Position numbers and translations under genes: made by a program
The notes under the pieces: model-generated
Database searches by the model: none
The model's input: the letters and a program-made list of their open reading frames with translations, nothing else
Told to the model about the DNA's origin: nothing
From: Escherichia coli 042
GTDB taxonomy: Bacteria; Pseudomonadota; Gammaproteobacteria; Enterobacterales; Enterobacteriaceae
Length of the DNA: 64,000 bases
Strand: one strand, 5' to 3'
Assembly: GCF_000027125.1 (NCBI RefSeq)
Contig: NC_017626.1
Shown here: in pieces, positions 23,194 to 32,780 of the stretch
How the letters are laid out: the number at the start of each line of letters is the position of its first letter
How positions within the stretch are numbered: position 1 is the first letter of the stretch

Positions 23194-23961
23194 TTATAGC
23201 GCCAGAACCGCCGTATTCAGCGTTTCTATCGGTGCCGGGCGTGAAAGAAACCAGCCTTGTGCGGCGAATGCGGGCGAGTTCTGAACATCACGCCACTCTT
23301 CCGGCGTTTCTACGCCCTCGACGATCACCCCGCGACAATAGCGATTCATGAGATGTAAAAGCTGAGAAAAGAGTGTGCGTCCTTCCGGCGACTGACGCAG
23401 CATCACAAACAGCTCTCGCGCGATTTTGATGTAGTCATAACGCACTTCACTTAGCGCAGAGAAATTTGCCATCCCGGTGCCAAAATCATCCAGCCACAGC
23501 GGGCCAAATTCACACATCGAGGCAAAGGTTGAATCTTTCGGCAGACGGATGTGTTCCACCAGTTCGAAACGCAGCCAGGGAAGACGCTCAATCTGGCGCA
23601 GGATTTTTGGTTGCTGACGCAGGGCGATGAGCGTAGGGCCATCAATATTGACCGATGCCAGCAGGTCGTGCTCTACAAAGAAGTCGGCTTTTTGCGCCAG
23701 CAAATCAATCTGCTCTTTCACAACCTCCATCCGATAGCTGACGGTGATTTCAGTAAAATAGCGATCCGGCGGCAGGCGTTGCGAAGGGTTCAAGGGATGC
23801 GTGACCACCGTTAATAGCTCCACGGCCATTAACCGCCCGCATGTTTGATAGATCGGCTGCCAGGTGTAAGCACGCTCACACTGCAACCAAAAACGCCGTT
23901 CCTGCAAGCTCTCGATGCTTGCTTCAGGGTTGCTTATTCGCTGGATAACCTGCCTTATCAT
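23194..23961 (-). CDS. pdeH: c-di-GMP phosphodiesterase PdeH (EAL domain)
   Basis: ORF 23194..24006 trimmed to the ATG at 23959-23961 (MIRQVIQRISNPEASIESLQERRF...); 255 aa; EAL-domain protein. Confidence 0.92.
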   Translation of the reverse strand: MIRQVIQRISNPEASIESLQERRFWLQCERAYTWQPIYQTCGRLMAVELLTVVTHPLNPSQRLPPDRYFTEITVSYRMEVVKEQIDLLAQKADFFVEHDLLASVNIDGPTLIALRQQPKILRQIERLPWLRFELVEHIRLPKDSTFASMCEFGPLWLDDFGTGMANFSALSEVRYDYIKIARELFVMLRQSPEGRTLFSQLLHLMNRYCRGVIVEGVETPEEWRDVQNSPAFAAQGWFLSRPAPIETLNTAVLAL

Positions 23962-24009
23962 CAAAGATGTCCTGTGTTTAAAAGTGATGCTGCCCGGACT
24001 CGACAAAGA

Positions 24010-24036
24010 TTATCGGCGCGCAAGGGCAGAACTTTA
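24010..24036 (-). promoter_or_regulatory. Sigma-28 (FliA) promoter for pdeH
   Basis: On the minus strand TAAAGTTC-N11-GCCGATAA (consensus TAAAGTTT-N11-GCCGATAA), about 40-50 nt upstream of the pdeH ATG. pdeH is a known class 3 flagellar gene. Confidence 0.65.
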
Positions 24037-24108
24037 CCGCCTGGCCGGGTTAAATTTCCCCACTCCACAACGGAATCTTTCAGGAATACGTTCTGGCTCA
24101 AAAAAATA

Positions 24109-24126
24109 ATGGAACACTGTTTTAAT
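24109..24126 (+). promoter_or_regulatory. Putative KdgR operator upstream of kdgK
   Basis: ATGGAACACTGTTTTAAT resembles the KdgR palindrome ATGAAACAnTGTTTCAT (about 15 of 17), about 70 bp upstream of the kdgK ATG. Confidence 0.4.
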
Positions 24127-24192
24127 ATGGTTGACCAGCAAACCACCACAGCGCAAACTAACGCTAATTTTTTACAGATCAGGTTCACGACT

Positions 24193-25122
24193 ATGTCCAA
24201 AAAGATTGCCGTGATTGGCGAATGCATGATTGAGCTTTCCGAGAAAGGCGCGGACGTTAAGCGCGGTTTCGGCGGCGATACCCTGAACACCTCCGTCTAT
24301 ATCGCCCGTCAGGTCGATCCTGCGGCATTAACCGTTCATTACGTAACGGCGCTGGGAACGGACAGTTTTAGCCAGCAAATGCTGGACGCCTGGCACGGCG
24401 AGAACGTTGATACTTCCCTGACCCAACGGATGGAAAACCGTCTTCCGGGCCTTTACTACATTGAAACCGACAGCACCGGCGAACGTACGTTCTACTACTG
24501 GCGTAACGAAGCCGCCGCCAAATTCTGGCTGGAGAGCGAGCAGTCTGCGGCGATTTGCGAAGAGCTGGCGAATTTCGATTATCTCTACCTGAGCGGGATT
24601 AGCCTGGCGATCTTAAGCCCGACCAGCCGCGAGAAACTGCTTTCTTTGTTGCGCGAATGCCGCGCCAACGGCGGAAAAGTAATTTTCGACAATAACTATC
24701 GTCCGCGCCTGTGGGCCAGCAAAGAAGAGACACAGCAGGTGTACCAGCAAATGCTGGAATGCACGGATATCGCCTTCCTGACGCTGGACGACGAAGACGC
24801 GCTATGGGGTCAACAGCCGGTGGAAGACGTCATTGCGCGCACCCATAACGCGGGCGTGAAAGAAGTGGTGGTGAAACGCGGGGCGGATTCTTGCCTGGTG
24901 TCCATTGCTGGCGAAGGGTTAGTGGATGTTCCGGCGGTGAAACTGCCGAAAGAAAAAGTGATCGATACCACCGCAGCTGGCGACTCTTTCAGTGCCGGTT
25001 ATCTGGCGGTACGTTTGACGGGCGGCAGTGCGGAAAACGCGGCGAAACGCGGGCACCTGACCGCAAGTACCGTTATTCAGTATCGCGGCGCGATTATCCC
25101 GCGTGAGGCAATGCCGGAATAA
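24193..25122 (+). CDS. kdgK: 2-dehydro-3-deoxygluconokinase
   Basis: ORF 23845..25122 trimmed to the ATG at 24193 (MSKKIAVIGECMIELSEKGADVKRGFGGDTLNTSVY...); 309 aa; PfkB sugar-kinase family. Confidence 0.93.
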   Translation: MSKKIAVIGECMIELSEKGADVKRGFGGDTLNTSVYIARQVDPAALTVHYVTALGTDSFSQQMLDAWHGENVDTSLTQRMENRLPGLYYIETDSTGERTFYYWRNEAAAKFWLESEQSAAICEELANFDYLYLSGISLAILSPTSREKLLSLLRECRANGGKVIFDNNYRPRLWASKEETQQVYQQMLECTDIAFLTLDDEDALWGQQPVEDVIARTHNAGVKEVVVKRGADSCLVSIAGEGLVDVPAVKLPKEKVIDTTAAGDSFSAGYLAVRLTGGSAENAAKRGHLTASTVIQYRGAIIPREAMPE

Positions 25123-25678
25123 TGGTTTTTGACGGAGAACGGGTAGATATTCGTTCTCCGTTAATCGCCTTGCAGGGGTGAACCGAACTATGCTGATAAT
25201 TTGAAGTAAACTGCTGACGCATATCATTCAAACTACGCGTAAATTTAAGCGGGTTCTCACCTTTAATTTCGACCGTGACGAAGACATTCCCATTGTTGTT
25301 AAAGAAGCCAAAATAATAGTCATGTTGATGACGACGATTGGTTTTAAATTGACGAAATGATAAATAGCAGCGGTTATCGTAGGTAATTAAAAAATCATTT
25401 TCTCCGTATTCGTTTATCATCTTATTTTTCAGGCTACCATCGAAGAGCACTGCATACTTATCTTTGTCAGCAAATAATTCGGCATCAGTTTCTCGGTTGA
25501 TCGTGTTGACGCTGATACCGAATTCTATTTTTACCTTGTCTTTATCGATATTATTTCTTGTGCTGACATACATATTATTGGCATCCCAGAGTAAGAGAAA
25601 GTTTTTGTTGCAGGAATAAAGACCTGTTAAGCAAAGAATGACTGTTAGCAAGAATAGTATGCGTTTTTTGTTACGCAT
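25094..25678 (-). CDS. Hypothetical lipoprotein (islet ORF A); 3' end reads across the islet junction into kdgK
   Basis: ATG at 25676-25678 preceded by AGGAG with 5-nt spacing; N-terminus MRNKKRILFLLTVILCLTGLYSC looks like a lipoprotein signal. The frame stays open across the junction near 25167 and ends inside the kdgK 3' end, so the native C-terminus may be truncated. Confidence 0.45.
   Translation of the reverse strand: MRNKKRILFLLTVILCLTGLYSCNKNFLLLWDANNMYVSTRNNIDKDKVKIEFGISVNTINRETDAELFADKDKYAVLFDGSLKNKMINEYGENDFLITYDNRCYLSFRQFKTNRRHQHDYYFGFFNNNGNVFVTVEIKGENPLKFTRSLNDMRQQFTSNYQHSSVHPCKAINGERISTRSPSKTIIPALPHAG
25133..25160 (+). terminator. Hairpin downstream of the kdgK stop (putative kdgK terminator)
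   Basis: Inverted repeat cggagaacg / cgttctccg starting 11 nt after the kdgK stop. Confidence 0.4.
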
Positions 25679-25739
25679 TTATACTCCTGAAAATGCGTTG
25701 AGGTCGCAAATATAATTAAATAGTCTGACATAAATAAAA

Positions 25740-26060
25740 TTAATTCCCTATCAATAATACATCTGCGACTTTTCTTGGTCCTTCGTAGATCTCAAATGCC
25801 TCGTACTTAGTCATCCATTGTTCAGGGGCGGTATCGAAAAGGAACTGAACGCACCCCATTGAAACGATACGTCCATCGGTTACATTAGGTTTTTCCAATT
25901 CAAAAACAACGCTCCATGCATTATTTTGCCAGTCAGTTTTCTCCTCTGGAAACCTGGAGACGGGATAATATCTACCGATAGGAGGTGCGCTCCTTCTGCC
26001 ACCTTCATTTTCTGTAAGCCAAACAACCTTTACACGATACATATGTTTCCATTCATTCAT
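25740..26060 (-). CDS. Hypothetical protein (islet ORF B, 106 aa)
   Basis: ATG at 26058-26060 lies 3 nt after the ORF C stop (TAA-TTA-ATG), suggesting translational coupling; no family recognised. Confidence 0.4.
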   Translation of the reverse strand: MNEWKHMYRVKVVWLTENEGGRRSAPPIGRYYPVSRFPEEKTDWQNNAWSVVFELEKPNVTDGRIVSMGCVQFLFDTAPEQWMTKYEAFEIYEGPRKVADVLLIGN

Positions 26061-26063
26061 TAA

Positions 26064-26543
26064 TTAAATTAAGTGTGAATTATATAATATTGCCACCCCA
26101 TGCGATCTTTCCCATTTTAGTCCATCAACTAATAATGATAGAAAAGAATACTGGAAGCTTATATTTTTAATCACTTCTATTTTTTCATCATCTAATGACA
26201 AGATTACCCACCCCCCGTAATTTTTGCTAACCAGGTTGTTAATAAATTTAATTATAGGATTGGTTGAAATATCCTTTCCTTTATTCACAGCCATTTCCAG
26301 GTCATCGACTAAAGAACCATTGAAGTTGTAAACATGATATTCATTAAAGTCTATGTGCTCATCTAAAGGTGGGCCATAAGTAATCGGTAGATTGCATCTC
26401 TGCAAAAGATGATGATTACACCAGGCGTATACCGGAGGGTCGCGATGAAAGGTTTCCCCACCCCAGTGAACCATAACCTCTTGTAGATCTAGTTCCTCTG
26501 GAGCGAATCGTGTAGGGAGTAAAATATCCAAGTGAAAATCCAT
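26064..26543 (-). CDS. Hypothetical protein (islet ORF C, 159 aa)
   Basis: ATG at 26541-26543 preceded by AGGATAGG; no recognisable motif; AT-rich codon usage. Confidence 0.45.
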   Translation of the reverse strand: MDFHLDILLPTRFAPEELDLQEVMVHWGGETFHRDPPVYAWCNHHLLQRCNLPITYGPPLDEHIDFNEYHVYNFNGSLVDDLEMAVNKGKDISTNPIIKFINNLVSKNYGGWVILSLDDEKIEVIKNISFQYSFLSLLVDGLKWERSHGVAILYNSHLI

Positions 26544-26642
26544 AGCCTATCCTAAATTTGGCACCCATAACATAAACTGTGTAAGAATCAACGACTGCCC
26601 CCCCAAAAATGGGAAAATTTACTTATTATGCAAAGTTACTTA

Positions 26643-26897
26643 TTAAGAAGCCCATTCCTCATTTTTTGGCAAATAGCCCTTTCGCCAACAGGTCAGAATC
26701 TTAAAACTCGCTCGCAAATAAAATTTATTAGCCGAATCGTTTTTAACCATTCTGACTAATGTCATCTCACCCGTTCTTTTATCTATCACGAACTCGCCGT
26801 AATCAGATCTACAATAGTCAGAAGATGTAGGTCCAAATTCATATTTTACTACTTTATCAGTTTCTTCAATTTTCAATATTTCTATATGATAGGCCAT
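26643..26897 (-). CDS. Hypothetical protein (islet ORF D, 84 aa)
   Basis: ATG overlaps the ORF E stop (TAATG, 26895-26899), a classic translational-coupling arrangement; no family recognised. Confidence 0.4.
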   Translation of the reverse strand: MAYHIEILKIEETDKVVKYEFGPTSSDYCRSDYGEFVIDKRTGEMTLVRMVKNDSANKFYLRASFKILTCWRKGYLPKNEEWAS

Positions 26898-27322
26898 TAT
26901 TTAACACCATCTATTGCCTGGCATCGTATACAGCTAAAACCAGTAGCTAAAATCTCAACATAACTATCATAACCTGCTATAATATAATGTTTTAACTTTA
27001 ACCGTTTTTTAGGGTCATATAATCTCTCTTTTTCTTCAAGCGGTACAGAATTCATTACTTGATATATACCGGAGTCCAGATTTTCACCATCAACCTTCTT
27101 AATAACAATATTGTTATAGTTGGCTTCATGAAAATTGACGGTAGCACACTTAACTTCAGCAACTGTAGTGAAGACCAGTTCAATTTGAACATAATCTTTC
27201 TCTGTTGATATTAACTCCAGAGCATCTACTTTAATGTTGACGCCATCAGACTCTGTATATGTTAAAGATAAATAAGTTGTGGAAATCCTGAATCCAATCG
27301 ATTGTGATTTTAACACAAGCAT
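26897..27322 (-). CDS. Hypothetical protein (islet ORF E, about 141 aa)
   Basis: ORF 26897..27346 starts at a GTG; the in-frame ATG at 27320-27322 (MLVLKSQSIGF...) has AAGGAG 7 nt upstream and is preferred. First gene of the minus-strand cluster. Confidence 0.45.
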   Translation of the reverse strand: MLVLKSQSIGFRISTTYLSLTYTESDGVNIKVDALELISTEKDYVQIELVFTTVAEVKCATVNFHEANYNNIVIKKVDGENLDSGIYQVMNSVPLEEKERLYDPKKRLKLKHYIIAGYDSYVEILATGFSCIRCQAIDGVK

Positions 27323-27489
27323 AAACTCACTCCTTCCAGTAGGCACAGGTATAATTTATTCAGCTAATAAATAATTAAACCCACTCTACGGTAAGTTTAT
27401 TTTAATAATGAATGGTTATCTGCGCGCTACCGCCGTGCCCGGAAAAATATCTGCGGTTATATCACGGTAACTAATTTATTACCGTTAAT

Positions 27490-27518
27490 CCCGGCAGCGC
27501 AGAAGAAACGCTGCCGGG
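27490..27518. terminator. Terminator hairpin at the yhjJ 3' end
   Basis: Inverted repeat cccggcagcg / cgctgccggg followed by ttatttatt on the plus strand, abutting the yhjJ stop; it looks like the original convergent kdgK/yhjJ terminator, now separated from kdgK by the islet. Confidence 0.5.
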
Positions 27519-27525
27519 TTATTTA

Positions 27526-29022
27526 TTACTGTGCGGGGGGAATATCCGTCACTTCAGGATGTACGTCATCCGTGGCGACAGAGGTGGTCGCAGCGGCGGT
27601 AGATGGGGTCATGATTTGATCCCAGGCCGCCTGCAACGCTTTCATGTTAAATTCCGGCTCGCCTTTCGGCTGCAGAAGTATTAACGCCATATCATTCGAC
27701 AACTGCTGACGCAGATCCTGATTTAACATCTCCACCGTCAGGCTGTTAAGGAAGTCCTGGCGCAGTTTCTGATATTGCTCCGGCGCGATATCAACGACCT
27801 GATTTTGCAACGAACGCATCCGCTGACCCATCAGAATATCGGTATCAGCTCGCGCATAGGCGGCAAACAGTTTCTGCAGCTCCAGTTTCTTTTGCGCCAC
27901 TAACGCATTGAACTCTTCTTCCGGCAGACCTTTATCGCGAACCTTCGCCAGTTCACGCGCCACCAGATTAAGGTTGCTGCTCAGCTTGTCGTTTGGTGAT
28001 TCGATGTTAATGGCACACTGCGCACGCAGATACAGCACACGACAGTCAAATCCAAGACCGATATCTTTGCTGTTACTGGCGCTTAACGCTTGCTGAACAT
28101 GCCAGAACAGCGCCTCACGGGCCAGGTCCGCACGCCAGTAGCGCAGCAGTGCGGCTGATTCACGAATCGGCTGCCACGGCGTATCCCACATGATTGATAA
28201 CCGGTCCTGACGCACCGCGTCAGTCATAATACTCACCGCTTCCGCACGCAGCGGAGAAAGCGTCGGCACCGGAGCCGGTGTTTCACGTTTGCCTTTCAGT
28301 TCGCCAAACGTTTTATTGATTTGGTCGACGACCGAGCGCGCATCCACGTTTCCCACCACCAGCAGCGTCATTGCATCCGGGGTATACCATTTCTGATAGA
28401 AATCTTTAATCTTTTCCGCTTCAACGGGTTGTTTCAGCGGATCGGCAGGATCGTGACCTAACAAGGTTGATCCTTTCAGACGATAGCGCCACCAGCCCTC
28501 TTTAGTATCGGCAGGCCAGGTTGCCACCATGTCCTGACTTTGCAGCGCGTGGTTGATGGTTTCTGGCGTGATAGTCAGTTTGCCAGTGGCATTTGCCAGA
28601 TAAGAGAGCGCTTCTTTCAGCAAGTCGTTACGGTTATTGGGCAAACTCAGATTAAACAGCGTGGTGTCATAAGAGACAATTACCGGCGGCATCGGGCGTT
28701 TAGGGTCGATCCCCTGCTGCCACAATGAACGCGCCTGTGCTGCTTCAAGGCCACCGCTTTGCGTTAACGCAATACGAGGGATGGCGTGGCTGTAACCGCT
28801 CTGTTGTGTACTTTCGGCGAGCGAACCGGTATTAACCAGCAGGCGAATTTCAACACGATCGCTGGGACGCTGGGGTGTGGTCAGCACTTGCCACTGTAAA
28901 CCGTTGGAAAGCGTCCCCTGTTGCCATGCTGGATCAGGCTGGAGCGCATCTGCCTGCACATAGCCAGCAGTGGCCATCATCAGCAAACCGCCCGCTAAAA
29001 GTCGAATTTTTGTGCCCTGCAT
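27526..29022 (-). CDS. yhjJ: Periplasmic M16-family zinc peptidase-like protein YhjJ
   Basis: 498-aa ORF with signal peptide (MQGTKIRLLAGGLLMMATAGYVQA). Confidence 0.9.
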   Translation of the reverse strand: MQGTKIRLLAGGLLMMATAGYVQADALQPDPAWQQGTLSNGLQWQVLTTPQRPSDRVEIRLLVNTGSLAESTQQSGYSHAIPRIALTQSGGLEAAQARSLWQQGIDPKRPMPPVIVSYDTTLFNLSLPNNRNDLLKEALSYLANATGKLTITPETINHALQSQDMVATWPADTKEGWWRYRLKGSTLLGHDPADPLKQPVEAEKIKDFYQKWYTPDAMTLLVVGNVDARSVVDQINKTFGELKGKRETPAPVPTLSPLRAEAVSIMTDAVRQDRLSIMWDTPWQPIRESAALLRYWRADLAREALFWHVQQALSASNSKDIGLGFDCRVLYLRAQCAINIESPNDKLSSNLNLVARELAKVRDKGLPEEEFNALVAQKKLELQKLFAAYARADTDILMGQRMRSLQNQVVDIAPEQYQKLRQDFLNSLTVEMLNQDLRQQLSNDMALILLQPKGEPEFNMKALQAAWDQIMTPSTAAATTSVATDDVHPEVTDIPPAQ

Positions 29023-29241
29023 GTGAACCCCTGATCAACTATCCTGGTAATAAAAAACTGCCCGTTGTCGGTCAGTCTAAATGACGTTAAAAACACTTCG
29101 TGTTAGACCGCAAGAACATGAAAATGTCACGGAAGAAGTGAAATAAACCTGAACTCACCCAGGTGGTAAGTTCAGGCACAGGGGTCAATTATGCGCAAAC
29201 ACCCGCACTCGGGGAAGGGAGTGCGGGCATAAGTGATGAGA

Positions 29242-30564
<1,323 letters not shown>

Positions 30565-30710
30565 TTATGGGGTACCTGCGGCCTTAAAATAACACCCAGA
30601 CAACATCACAGAAATGTACCTGGATCATAATTGAAACAAAAAGGTTAAAAAGTTTGAGCTGGCTCGCACAAACCAGCACTTTTTAAAGTTTTGTAATCAG
30701 TTTGGGGTAG

Positions 30711-32699
30711 CTACTTTTCTTCCAGGTAACTCTCTTCGAAGATTTCAATAGGGAGTGGGCGAGCAAAAAGGAAGCCCTGGGCAATACCAACGCCCGCTTT
30801 TGCCAGCCAGTCGCGTTGTGCTTCAGTCTCCACGCCTTCGGCAATCATTTGTAAGTTCAGGCTTTGCGCCAACATGATAATTGCAGCAATCATGCTGCTA
30901 TCTTCCGGCAAGCCTTCAACAAACATTTTGTCGATTTTTAACACGTCGATTGGCAACGATTTCATATGCTGCAGCTGACGCAGCCCTGCGTAGCCCATGC
31001 CGAAATCATCCAGCGCCACCCGAACTCCGGCATTGCGCAGCGGACGGAGGATTGCCACCGCAGCATGAGGGTCGTCAATACGTCGGCTTTCTGTCACTTC
31101 CAGAATCAGTGTTCCCGGCTGAATGCGATAGCGGGTTAACAGTTCCAGCATATCCGCCACCATATTCGGGTGCATCAGTTGCAGCGCAGAGAGGTTTACC
31201 GACAAGGGCAGCATAATGCCGCGCTCTTGCCAGGCTGCAAGCAATCGACAGGACTCTTCCAGCACCCAGTGACCGACGGTAACCATCAGCCCACAGCACT
31301 CAATGCGATCGATTAAGCCATCCGGCAGATCCCAACTGCCATCCGGTTGCTGGATACGCAGTAACACTTCCGCACTGACCAGTTTACCGCTGTTCATCTC
31401 GACCTGTGGCTGTAACCAAATCGCAAACTGATGATTTTCCAGCGCATTAAGGATATCGCTCTCTTCCGTCAACCGCTGCTGGGCGGCTTCCATCTGCTGC
31501 GGATCAAAGAACTGAATCTGATTCTTGCCTTTATGGCGAGCGGTAAATGCCGCAGAAATAGCGCGACTGTAAAGCTGTTCGGCGGTGAGATCGCCGTAGA
31601 ACATCGCCACGCCAATGCTACAGTGCGGACGGAGTTGAATACGTTCAATCGGCAGGCGCTCGCTCATGATAGTGAGCACTTGCTGACCTAAAGTGATTGC
31701 GTGCCACGGTTCCTGTACACCATTGGCAATGACAGCAAAGTCATAACCACTAATCTGCGCGAGGATCATACGTGGCGACAGTACCGATTTGAGTTTTTCC
31801 ACCAGCGTCAGCAGCAGAATTTCTCGTTGCGCCTCTTTCAGCACGCCCGCAGTATCACGCAGGGTTTCACAGGTGATGATCATCAGCGCGGTGGTTTGTT
31901 TACGCGCGACAACCTGCTCCAGCATCTCCATCAGCAAGGCTTTGTTCGGCAAATCCGACACCGGGAAGCGCATCGCGTTTTCGTTCTGTTCTTCATAATG
32001 GCGCTGCAGCAATTGCTGGTTGAGGTTGTAACTGCGCACCAACATACCGATTTCATCATCCTGATGCAGACGCGGTAATGCCAGTTGGTGACCAACAAGC
32101 TCCTGGGCTGGGATGGCGTTAAGTTCGCGAGCAATATTGCGTAAAGGATGTAAAATCAGTCGATTAATACACCAGCTGATGGCGACGGTCAGGATAAGCG
32201 ACAAAAGTAAGTAAATGGTCACTAACGTTGAGAGGGTGCTCATCACGAACTTATACATGCGGAAGGAATCCGCCTGTAGCACCAGATAGGCAATTGGCTG
32301 CGGGTTTGCCGGACGTTCCAGCGAGTAAACGCCCAGCGAGATTTGCACCGGTAGCTCAAACAGGCGAGTAACCATTACCGGCACCGGACGCTCTGGAATA
32401 AAACTTTTACGCAGTGCCTGGAACTGGTTGGGCAGCACCACATCGGCACGGCTGACCACGCCTGCCGGTTTAATGCTGGCAAGAATAGCTTCCGCTTCGG
32501 GAATATCGCCTTTCAAAATAGCTGAAGATAAGGGTTCGCGGACAGAGCGAGCAATGCTTTCCAGTTGCGTAGCCGTGTTATAGCGATTCTGCTGGACCAG
32601 ATGGAACAGCAAAACGGTGCAAAAAATAAAAACGAACACCAGGACAACGGCTGCCACCATTGCCATCTGCTTGATTGTTAACGAGCGACTTACGCGCAA
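30711..32699 (-). CDS. pdeK: c-di-GMP phosphodiesterase PdeK (HAMP-GGDEF-EAL membrane protein)
   Basis: 662-aa ORF from a TTG at 32697-32699 preceded by GGAGA; in-frame ATGs at 32666 and 32660 are alternatives. EAL-domain motifs in the C-terminal half. Confidence 0.85.
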   Translation of the reverse strand: MRVSRSLTIKQMAMVAAVVLVFVFIFCTVLLFHLVQQNRYNTATQLESIARSVREPLSSAILKGDIPEAEAILASIKPAGVVSRADVVLPNQFQALRKSFIPERPVPVMVTRLFELPVQISLGVYSLERPANPQPIAYLVLQADSFRMYKFVMSTLSTLVTIYLLLSLILTVAISWCINRLILHPLRNIARELNAIPAQELVGHQLALPRLHQDDEIGMLVRSYNLNQQLLQRHYEEQNENAMRFPVSDLPNKALLMEMLEQVVARKQTTALMIITCETLRDTAGVLKEAQREILLLTLVEKLKSVLSPRMILAQISGYDFAVIANGVQEPWHAITLGQQVLTIMSERLPIERIQLRPHCSIGVAMFYGDLTAEQLYSRAISAAFTARHKGKNQIQFFDPQQMEAAQQRLTEESDILNALENHQFAIWLQPQVEMNSGKLVSAEVLLRIQQPDGSWDLPDGLIDRIECCGLMVTVGHWVLEESCRLLAAWQERGIMLPLSVNLSALQLMHPNMVADMLELLTRYRIQPGTLILEVTESRRIDDPHAAVAILRPLRNAGVRVALDDFGMGYAGLRQLQHMKSLPIDVLKIDKMFVEGLPEDSSMIAAIIMLAQSLNLQMIAEGVETEAQRDWLAKAGVGIAQGFLFARPLPIEIFEESYLEEK

Positions 32700-32780
32700 A
32701 TTGTCTCCCCCCGGAAATCCCAGATTGCCGCCCGAGTATACCCGATCGCAGCGGCATTAAGAGAGGCGCTATCTGAAAAC

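Larger units (their letters stand above)
25167..27481. other. AT-rich accessory islet inserted between kdgK and yhjJ, five small ORFs of unknown function
   Basis: About 2.3 kb of visibly AT-rich DNA with five minus-strand ORFs, bracketed by the 9-bp direct repeat ccgttaatc (25158-25166 and 27482-27490) and lying between two convergent terminator hairpins. I recall kdgK and yhjJ being separated by only about 100 bp in K-12. Confidence 0.6.

Noticed and set aside
23845-24192. N-terminal extension of kdgK to a 425-aa ORF
   Set aside because: The extension overlaps the divergent pdeH promoter region and start. A conserved kinase N-terminus begins at the ATG at 24193, which I used instead.
25167-27481. 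Islet as an insertion sequence, transposon or prophage remnant
   Set aside because: No transposase or integrase ORF, no terminal inverted repeats, and no phage structural genes. Only a 9-bp direct repeat is present, so the mobility mechanism is left open.
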